Positions 50,494-60,000 of a stretch of DNA of 60,000 bases are shown here, piece after piece. The notes under the pieces were generated by a model, which saw only the letters and a program-made list of their open reading frames with translations, had not been told where the DNA came from and made no database searches. Source of the stretch: Lytechinus pictus (Eukaryota). The translations under genes and the position numbers were made by a program. The stretch lies in contig NC_087245.1 of assembly GCF_037042905.1 (NCBI RefSeq), positions 33,978,001 through 34,038,000 of the forward strand. Direction: 5' to 3'. Every line of letters starts with the position of its first letter. Position 1 is the stretch's first letter.

Positions 50494-52196
50494 CAGGACT
50501 AGTCTGAATGCCACAGCTATGAGCCAACGCTAAATATTCACACGGACACATTTTCTGCAGTCGGGTTTAATTCAAATTTTGGTTTAAAGTTATGGTTTTG
50601 CTATGGATAGCCAATTATTGTGACACCAATATCTAACAGTACGGATTGAATTTACTCATTTGACAGCAAAGTCCTTCATAACTTATTGCGAAATATAATA
50701 GGATAGTTGTCTTCACCATTAAAGGATGAGGGAAAGAATGGGTAAACACAAAAAATATTCAATGAAATCAAATTTTTTGACATTTTGGCTTCTCATAATT
50801 TTTTTCAGAGTTAGACCATGACCTAAGTTAAACTGGGCTTCAGAATACGGGCAATAGAGTATGTTTTTCTTTTCCATTTAGAATCATTCTCCAATATTTC
50901 TCTTTTATAGAGATTTTGTTATCAGAATAATATAAAGCAAATTGATTTGTGCGTTTCGCGTTGCATGACTGACGCATGGGGCTAGGTCTGTAGTTTTGTG
51001 TACTTGATTAACGCGAACGATCATATCGACGTACTCTAAATGATATATTTTACTAATAATGCATATTTATGAATGTGTGTTGGCAATGCTGTGCACTCGA
51101 GGGTTTTTTCGTGTTATTGCGAATACCTGAGATACCTGCATCGTCAATAACACCATGAATTTAAAAATGTGCATTATTTGTTTTATAAAACGGGTGGGCA
51201 TTGTAAAGTTGTAGTGGAAAGGTGCTGCAAAAAATGAATAGTGCTGCATAAAAAAAGTGCACGGCTGGGAGGTTGTGTAAAATTAAAGCATGAACACGTG
51301 ACTTGTATACGCGCTCACTATTGGCTGCATCCTTGAACCCGTTTTATACAAGTCGTTAGCAAAAGGTATAACACTTTACAAATAGTATTTGACATAGCAA
51401 AACGTTTCGCCGTGTATGTGCAGTGTACAATAAAGCAATACAGTAAGCAGTACGTATATCAGATTTACAGATTGGTTGTATTTTGGAAAAGATTTTCTGT
51501 ATATATATATGATTTATGGGGATGTGGGTATAGATTGATTGTACAGGAAACAAACATTAGTCCCCTATGTCTTTTACCAAGTTGGAAACCGGGTTATTCA
51601 AATTCATCTTCATCTAAGTTTCTGTCAAAAGGTTAAAGCACATTTTGTCCAGAATTCAATGTTATTTACATGTCTGTACAAATAAATATTTTATATCAAG
51701 TTCACAGTAACCATACAACGTTTACTTTATTCAATTTCATAGTTGTGTTGGTTCGGAAAAATGACTTTAATATACATCATCAGTTTTTTTTAGATAGAAA
51801 TCATCTTTGATGTTGTTGTTATATACCAACCCACCAAACACTTAATCCTACACATTTACTAATTGCTTGTCCATGCATGTAATATAGCTTCCATTTGTAT
51901 TTGGAAAAATAAATAAATGGCTAAAATGATGAATTTTAATGACGAAATGAAATTAAACTGATCGTTACTTTCTGTACATTAATGATGCATTTTCGATAAT
52001 AAAAACGATGATTATAAATAAACCCTTCTTTTCCTCAGTCTGTAATTGTGGTTAATTCGCTGACAAATTGTCAAAGTGACCAATGATTTTATATTTCGTA
52101 ACATTTTTTTACAGATAAATGGCGCTATACAAATGTTGTTCATCATCGTCACCAACAAGCTCTTCATTGCATCGCGTTGGTGCTATCATGCATTTT

Positions 52197-52798
52197 TTAT
52201 ACGCCCGTCCTAGACGGGACGTATTATGGTATCACGCTCGTTGTCCGTCCGACTGCAGTCTGTCCGGCCCCTAACTTTTCCTTGTAAACGCGATAACTTC
52301 AGTTTGACTGAACCTAGGCTCATATAATTTGATGTGTATAATGATAGCGTGGATCCCATGAAGCCTATCGATTTTGAGGTCAAAAAGTCAAAGGCCAAGG
52401 TCACACTGACATATTTCCATCTTACCCTTCTGCAGTCCTTGTAAACACGATAACTTTAGTTTAACTTAACCTAGGCTCATATAATTTGGTATGTATGATA
52501 CTATAATAAATCCCAGGAAGCCTACTGATTTTAAGGTCAAAGGTCAAGATCAGTGTGACATGTTTTCATCTTACCCTTCTGAAGTCCTTGTTAACACGAT
52601 AACTTTAGTTGAACTTAACCTAGGCTCATATAATTTGGTGTGTATGATACTAGCATAGATCCCAGCAATTCTATTGATTTTGAGGTCAGAAGGTCAAAGG
52701 TGAAGTCGCCACCTTCCACTTTTCTTGCTTGGCCAATAACTCAATTTTCCGCGTTTCAGGCGGGCGTATCTTGTGCTCGCCTTAGCGACACTCTTGTT
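52197..52798 (+). mobile_element. Non-autonomous Helentron-like (DINE-1/HINE-type) element
   Basis: Inserted in a T-run; subterminal IR ATACGCCCG...CGGGCGTAT; 5' palindrome CCCGTCCTAGACGGG; GTCC repeats; 3' hairpin TCGCCTTAGCGA before CTTGTT; three internal repeats of about 150 bp. Confidence 0.75.
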
Positions 52799-54565
52799 TA
52801 GGGGTAAACAGTTGAAGTTAAATTAAATTCCCTTGATGTGATCCTGATTAGAGGAATAAACATGATAACTATAATGATAATGATCAAATTGCAACAGTAC
52901 TCTGTAAAAACGTTGTTTAAGGTTTTAAGTACTTTGTTTAAGCCCGTCAATCTAACAAAATATTGTTTAGAGTTTTAAACAAGTTGTTAAAAGTTTCAAC
53001 ATTTTAAACATTCATTGATTCCAACAATAAGGGAATATTCTTTTCCGCATACGACAAAATATGATAATTTTCCACTCTACTCTACTCATTAATCAATTAG
53101 TTTAAACAATTGATGGCCAGCAACGTCAACATCTAAAATGCAAATTTGTTCATAATATTTTCTAGATATGATGTATATTCACACATTCATATATATTTAT
53201 ATATATATTTCTAATTCAGAGTGCTTCTCTTTGTTTATTAAGGATACTGTATACAAATTTCCTGAAGAATCAATTATGGTATGGATGGATTTTCATACAG
53301 TTGAGATTGATTGGATCAATCAAAATTCTTCTGGGCCCCGTCTTACCATCAATCTCAACTGTATGGAAATTCATCCATACCATAATTTTTTCTACAGGAA
53401 ATTTGCACAATCTCCTACGTAAACAAAAAGAATCGCATTGAATTTTCAAAAGAATGATGAATTTATGAATATACATCATATCAAGAAAACATTTTGAAGA
53501 AACTTGCATTTTAGATATTGATGTTGCTGGCCGTCCATAGTTGTGGTTGATCGGATCATTCGCAACACTTTGTAACACATGGTCCTGGTCTAGTATAAGT
53601 CAAATAATTATATTCAGTTCTTTCTGCAGTGCGTATTAATAAAAAGGTTTTGAATTAGAAAAAGTCCTGGGAATTGAAAAATACAATATGGTGATAATTT
53701 GTCACACATAGTTTGGGGTTTGGTCTCATCTATCAAATGGAAGTAAAAATTTTGACAGAATGTTCTATTTTTTGTAATGGCTCGCAGAAATCGCTTTGCT
53801 CAAAAATGCTAATTTTCTCGCTGTGACATGTAGAAAAAGGGCGAAAAACGAACTGACCGTGCTGTACATACATTTTATTTTTGGAAACAACTTTGCTACC
53901 AAAATCAACATTTTAACCATTAGTTAGCACAGCTGTTACCTTTTCGTGCTAGCTGGATCTCAGAACATGAAACAAAACCATGTGTTTATTTCAGACAATT
54001 CCAGAATTGTCTTTTATTATTTTTTTTTCATTTCAAGATATTTTCATAATACATCTAATACTTGTTTTTCCACACTTTTCCCAGGCATGACAATGAACAA
54101 CGAAGAAAAATCAAGCCTTGGTCATTTCATGCGAATCACTGCTACATGTGAAGCAGATATCATCACGATGTTAGGTGTGTGGAAGGGAGAGAGGGCACAT
54201 TGGCGCTCGAAGGAATGTTTTGGGCAATGAAACAAGTTAAAATGGCAAAAGATATCTTCAAATCAATCTTCCTAGCTAAAGCCAATGCTCTCATGATAAA
54301 CATTTACTCTTATTCATCTGTTTTCAAATTTTGCGCAAATAATTTTTGACGAATATTTTTCAAAAGTGGTGCTCACTAAGCGGAAAGATTTGTGGACAGT
54401 CATATCGTCATTCGCTTATAGAGGACTGTAAAAAATACATAAATGTGGAAAAAATTTGCAAGATATTATAAATAGATCATTTTATAGGATTATTTCAAAG
54501 CGTACATGTAAACTTTTTAAACGCAATGTATAACATTAAAGTATGAAATGAACATCTACTCATTA

Positions 54566-54749
54566 TCAAACGGGTTGCAACATGTAAGCTGCTGACTGGA
54601 TGAAATAGGTGACCTGAGCCAACTCCATTTTTACATATTCCCATTTTTCAGGATCGGGATTGATATCAATTTCAAACATGGCGTCCACGATACCCGCAAA
54701 CTTTTCCCCGGCGTACGAGTTCTTGCTGCTGGGAGCGAGGATGACATGT
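54566..54749 (-). CDS. Gene B terminal exon
   Basis: gacag|A; HVILAPSSKNSYAGEKFAGIVDAMFEI...YMLQPV*. Confidence 0.94.
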
Positions 54750-57700
54750 CTGTCAAAAAATAATGAAAAATAGAGTGAAAATGGTGAGGAGAAGACATAT
54801 GATGTTGGTAAATAAAAAAAAAGAAGAACAGCGTGGATGATAATGAAAACCCATATCAATAAAAACAATAAAAATATATTGCCGTCATGTAATATAATAA
54901 CAATAATAATAATAATAATAGTACTAATGATAATAACGATAATGATCATTATGATCATCATGATCATGATAATGATGATAATAATTTGAATAGTAATAAT
55001 AATAATAATATCAATAATGATGGTAATGATATAATGCTAATAATACGAAAAATGAAATCTCTACTTGTAAAAGTCGAATTCCATGATTTAAATTACATGG
55101 ATTTGAAATAAATACAGATTGACAGTAGCAATAATCAATAAAGTCAAGCTGGATTTATCTTAAATCCATGCAATTTAGGGTGCTTTTTTTAAGATTTATT
55201 AGAAAACATTTTTTTTCTTCACCTTTTTAATGCAAAAGTCTAACGTCGTGATAGATTTTAACAATATTCATGTTTCACAATTTTTGTTCATTTCGCTCCC
55301 CCCCCCCTTCGTTTTTCTTTCTCCCTCCTTTTTTTATTTTCGTGAAACATTTTAGGCTCCATGGCCTACCCAAGACCCCCCCCCCCCCTTACTCCATCTG
55401 TACGCCAGTACCCTGTTTTGTTTGTGACTTACTTTTCATATTTTCTTTCCGCGCTGAGACCCATGGGATTGATGAACATCCTATCCAAATACATGATCTG
55501 GTCATTCACAGCTCGAACTGCTAATATACTAAATAGGTTAAAATGAAATAAGGGGAAAAATAGAGTGAGAAACGGCAAGGGCGGATGAATGCGTTTGAAC
55601 ATGGTACAGAGTAAAATAAAAATTCATCCATAGAAATTGCGAAAGAAAGGGGAAGAAATAAGACGGAGAAACGGAAGGGCGGATGAATGCGTTTGAACAT
55701 GGTACAGAGTGAAGAAAATGAAAAATACATCCATAGAAATTGCAAAAGAAAGGGGAAGAAATAAGACGGAGATAGAAATCAGAGAAATGCGCCACTGTTT
55801 GTTTTAACATGTTTACGTCTCAACAATATGCATGAAGTATTTCAAGGCTATAGGCCTATATGAAATCAAGGATAACAATAACATAAGCAGAGGTACACCT
55901 GTCAAAATAGTAATCGTTCATGTGTTAATGTTAGTTTGATCAGCATGATTATAGTGGTCTGTGTGGCACTTTTATCATCATGGCCTTTCATTTAGAAAAG
56001 AACAATTTAAGCACAGGTATAGAGACGTAATGAGTAGACAAATCATGGGACGGACAAAAAAATCAAAGCGAGCTAGTAAGAAATTCGACATTTAAATTGA
56101 AAATCAAAATTTTTTACAGATTTTAATACAATATCCTTCAAATAATTTTTTAATCTACATTTTTCCCTTTCCGATAAGATCATTTCAAGTATGAATCGAG
56201 TCATGAATAAAAAGAAATATAACTTTATATTTCTTGAGATTTCATACTTACTCGTTCAGATCAAGATTGTTTAATCTCTCTTTGAATGCATATGCCTCAG
56301 TAGTCAGATTATTTACCGCCGACTCCATGTATTCTGAGAATAACGAATAGATACAGTCTAATTTTACCTTTGATTAACATTTCGAGTACAATCAAATGAA
56401 TTTGCACAATACTGTTAAAAGTTTTTACGGCTAAAAAGCCGTAATCCTAATGGTTGTCATGAAAATAAAAATTGATTTGTAGTTGGCATAAGACTAATAC
56501 ATTATTCATTTTCTGTGTTTTTACCCTTTGCAATTTAAATAGCGAACAAACGAAAGGTGACGAAAGTTCCGACGCGAATGAAGCCATGCATTTCAATAGA
56601 GACTGAGCCAAAAAAATGTTAAACCTTGTTTATATGTTTAGTAGAGATAAATTTGTTATGCTATCTTGTTGTGCATAATAGCAATAAACTAAACTTAGAT
56701 TGAACTAATGCCTTCTTGATTCATAGTAGTGAAAAAATGAGAACATGCAAATTAGCTTCCTGAGGGTCCGAAATTCAAAGTTTTCTCGCCAAGTCATCTT
56801 AATAAAACTATTACGTCAGCATGGCGAGATACATTAGTACCTCCACAAGTCAACTTAAGAGAAGTGGTATGTGAACATAGCGAGATACATTATATCTCGC
56901 CAACCCAACTTAAGAAAAGTGGTACGTGAGCATAGCGAGATACGTTGTATCTCGCCAACTCAACCGAAGAAACGTGCTATCTGGAGAAGACGATGGCACT
57001 TTAAAGCTTTCGCACGCCGCAAATCAGACGTTTGACGATCATATTTCATGGAATTGCCCAACATATTAGATCTACCAAAGGATAATCCTTGTTGCGTCAT
57101 CCTTGATCCAATATCCCCATCTCTTAGCTGGATAAAATATTTCTCAACCGCGCTGGCGTAGTCAGCAACGTCCATGGGTATGATGACGGTATCGGTGAGT
57201 TGCCTCATGACCTCGCCGATGAGTTGACCAATAGCGAGCATGAACTTGAACGATGGGTCGTAATACTTCGATACGAGGTCGAAGGTCTCATACACCGAGT
57301 GGTACATAGGATACCCTCGAATAGGGACTTCTTCCTAAGATATTGAGAGATGAGGAAATAAGAAAATGAGATGGGTCTTTATGCAGGGCGGATCCAGGGG
57401 AAATAATGTGCAAAGCACGAATTAGATGTCAAAGGTCACCTAACACCATGGACATAATAGTAGAGAAATCGGGAAAAATGTAACAAACAAAACAGACAAA
57501 AGATTCAATAGTCTGATCATGCTGCCGATTTCACACCAAGTGCTGACTTTACCTTGATTATGACTTTATGATTCAATAAAACATACAAATATAACAAAGT
57601 ATATAAATTTTTAAAAAGATGTATACACGCGCCACTTATTTGAATATACTTTAAACCCACAAATTAATGTACGGATATGCTTTTTTTCTCAGAGGTTCTC

Positions 57701-58646
57701 GGTTTGCTTTGTGTTTTGTGTATGTTTTTTTTGCTCATAATAAACAACAATAAAGTTACCACTGAGGGTATACATTGAACAAAAAACACAAGTAACATTA
57801 AAGAGTGTAAAAATACCAACAAAGGTATACAACCAAAATTAGACACCGGGGTAAAATTACTTGTGTTGTCCCATCATGTGCACCAATCAACACTTCAGTT
57901 TTTTTTAGGGGAATGAACTACACGTATACAAACAACAATATTTATTATTTTTGTTTGAAAGTTTTCGTTTATTGGTAAAACTAATACGATAGTTACATTG
58001 TGAGGACCAAAGGTGACACGATATTTGCTCCTGCGATTTTGCTCCGGTCTTAATATCCCAGAGGGTATAAAGTGTTGGATTGTAATAGAGTTTCTGGTCC
58101 AGAATAATGTAAAGATACACTGTTAGAAAATGTATCCTTAAAATAAAAGAAGTTCCTGCAGCAGAGTCTCGAGAACACCTGTAATCTTACCAGATTGCGT
58201 AATCTTACATTATATCATGCAAAATTACAGGAAATTGGTATTTGGTGTATGGAACCTTACAAATTTCCTTAAATAAAACACCCTTTTCCCCTTTTTTAAC
58301 AGACCTGTTCTGTTAAATTGCAGAAAGATTCCTGTTTTATGAATTTACAGAATGATTCTGTTATCGCTTTCTGCAAAATCTTCCTTTTTTTTCTTTAAAA
58401 TCAAGGTTTTTAACAGTGCAATGTAAAGGAACAGCGTTGATTTAGTTCTGGAGGTTAGATTTCATGTTTGGAATTATCAACGTGCCAGATTTCCATCGGA
58501 GCAAATGTCGCCGGAGCAAATGTCATGGAGCCGGACCTAGAGTAGATATACTCACACGATTAAAGTCATATAATGCATCCAATGCAGACACTCCAAGCAT
58601 GTGCAAGAGAGAACCATGGTCTGATCCCGACCCTGGAGTACCGATA
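54566..58646 (-). CDS. NAALAD-like: 3' part (last 5 exons) of a second M28B/NAALADase-family paralogue (gene B); the 5' part lies beyond the window
   Basis: Minus-strand exons 58646-58556, 57334-57076, 56333-56252, 55528-55433, 54749-54566 with GT-AG boundaries. Sizes 91/259/82/96/184 and phases match gene A exons 14-18 (91/259/82/93/205). Motifs [33 protein letters not shown]. Confidence 0.93.
55433..55528 (-). CDS. Gene B exon homologous to gene A exon 17
   Basis: tttag|T; ILAVRAVNDQIMYLDRMFINPMGLSAERKYE; AA|GTAAGT. Confidence 0.92.
55560..55770. repeat. About 98-bp two-copy tandem repeat beside a gene B acceptor
   Basis: AGGGCGGATGAATGCGTTTGAACATGGTACAGAGT...AATAAGACGGAGA occurs twice. 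Confidence 0.85.
56252..56333 (-). CDS. Gene B exon homologous to gene A exon 16
   Basis: ctcag|AA; YMESAVNNLTTEAYAFKERLNNLDLN; GA|GTAAGT. Confidence 0.9.
56818..56960. repeat. About 55-bp tandem repeat, about 2.5 copies
   Basis: CAT.GCGAGATAC.TT...CAACTTAAGA.AAGTGGTA.GTG. Confidence 0.75.
57076..57334 (-). CDS. Gene B exon homologous to gene A exon 15
   Basis: cttag|[32 protein letters not shown]...TQQGLSF; G|GTAGAT. Confidence 0.95.
58118..58418. mobile_element. CACTG-ended MITE in an intron of gene B (same family as 4266-4547)
   Basis: Same termini and body, with a roughly 17-bp extra segment. Confidence 0.8.
58556..58646 (-). CDS. Gene B exon homologous to gene A exon 14
   Basis: ttcag|T; IGTPGSGSDHGSLLHMLGVSALDALYDFNR; CGT|GTGAGT. 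Confidence 0.9.
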
Positions 58647-59274
58647 CTGAAAGTATAAATACATACAGGTAATAGTAATAGCAGTGACTTTCGGGACAGG
58701 CAAAGAGTTTGTGTACGTTTTTTTTCATTCGTTTTCGAATTGACTCGTGTACAAAAGTTCTGACTTAAGTTTTTTTTAAACCAAAATCTGTCTTATAACA
58801 CGTATGTCTATGAGTTTTTTTCAAAGTTTTGAATTTTACTTAGGAGACATTAGGAATTTCGAATTTTACTTAGGAAATATCATGTTGGTGCTGGACTTAT
58901 TATTTTCCACTGAATTCTGTCTTACAACACGCATTCTATGGAGTTTTGGCAAAGTTAGGAATTTCGAATTTACAAGGAAATATCATGTTGATACCACATT
59001 GTAAACTCCTGAAAAAGACGGAGGGTCGTCGAAAATTCGAGTGAATAATAAAAACTTTATTGGTAATCAAAGCATCATCATCAGCATTATTGTGTTATAT
59101 ATATATTTATACAAAGGATGTGGAATTTCTTTTCGGTATCCAACGCAAGGTGTTCCTTTTGTGTTTCTTACGTAACTGCGTATTTCGAGTTTTCTCGTTG
59201 CGCTAACAAGCATATCTTTTCCATTCTCGGCTCAGCATTATTAGCTCGACTTCCCACCCCCCCCCCCCCTTTTT

Positions 59275-59793
59275 TTGTTCTTACGGTTCTTACGCTTCGA
59301 CGACCTTAGCAGGATAAGAAGGAAGGACTGCACTCTTCATCATGACAGGCTAGTCCTACACTTACCCTCTTCTAAAACCGATCAATTCCGCCAAGGCAGA
59401 GATGTTACCATTGCTAGGACATCCAACCCGACCTGTCCCGTCATTATAGCCGAGCGATATTTCGCAGCTTTAGGCGATCCTCCTCATTCTCACCTACCAG
59501 TGATTCGCAGGCTTGCTCGTTCCAAACGCGGTCTAGTCGCCACTTCTCACGGCCTAAGTTACACCAGAACTCGCGAGATTGTCCTGGAGGCGTTGAAGCC
59601 CCTTGTTCCCGACGTCTCTAAGTTCGGTTTGCACAGTCTCCGGTCGGGTGGAGCTTCATCCGCTAGTAACAATCGAGTTTCTCCCTTTCTGATTTCACAA
59701 CATGGTCGTTGGAAGTCAGACAAAGCCAGGGACACATACATAAAATCGGACGCAACGTCAAATCTTCTTCCTTCACAATCCCTCGGGATTTAA
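59275..59793 (+). mobile_element. Tyrosine recombinase catalytic domain (5'-truncated), DIRS/PAT/Ngaro-like YR element remnant in an intron of gene B
   Basis: Uninterrupted frame with the full catalytic set: FLRFDD (R), SKTDQ (K), HSLRSGG (HxxR), HGRWKS (H/W), DTYIK (Y). No N-terminal domain, RT or RNase H upstream. Confidence 0.88.
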
Positions 59794-60000
59794 GCTTTAA
59801 ATCCCAATCCTTTATCATTGTTGTCGAGTTAATTTTCTTGGCTGTGTTTTTGCTTATGCATACTTTGCAATGTTCATATCATTCTGAACAAATATGAGTC
59901 TATTGAATAAACAGCGAGCTAATAATCATTGCCCAGCTCTGACCAAACATGTTCAATCTTTTGTCATTGTTGTTATTTTTCAGTATTTGTCACCTGAGGT

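Noticed and set aside
59275..59793. Phage integrase or bacterial contamination
   Set aside because: Embedded next to spliced eukaryotic exons; motifs fit eukaryotic YR retroelements; no other prokaryotic genes.

Overview
Eukaryotic, AT-rich, intron- and repeat-rich DNA. It is probably an invertebrate deuterostome such as a sea urchin, inferred from the SINE and MITE content. Main content: (1) a complete 18-coding-exon M28B zinc metallopeptidase gene (GCPII/NAALADase family, NAALADL1-like pocket residues) on the + strand, 24812-49641, 743 aa, all splice phases compatible; (2) the last 5 exons of a convergent paralogue on the - strand (58646-54566), continuing beyond the window, with a 5'-truncated tyrosine-recombinase (DIRS-like) element in its intron; (3) about 24 kb of upstream DNA made of nested transposons. 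Most unusual: a 44-bp minisatellite built from the end of exon 13 plus its 5' splice site (about 30 units, many keeping the donor); a SINE with a 7SL/Alu-domain-like head joined to a Deu-like core; a head-to-tail dimer of a TIR-less, CATTA-bounded element (10003-20556) with possible spliced cargo and an 8-bp-TSD transposon whose empty site is also in the window; and altered substrate-pocket residues in both peptidases. Most ORFs in the supplied track are microsatellite or repeat artefacts.
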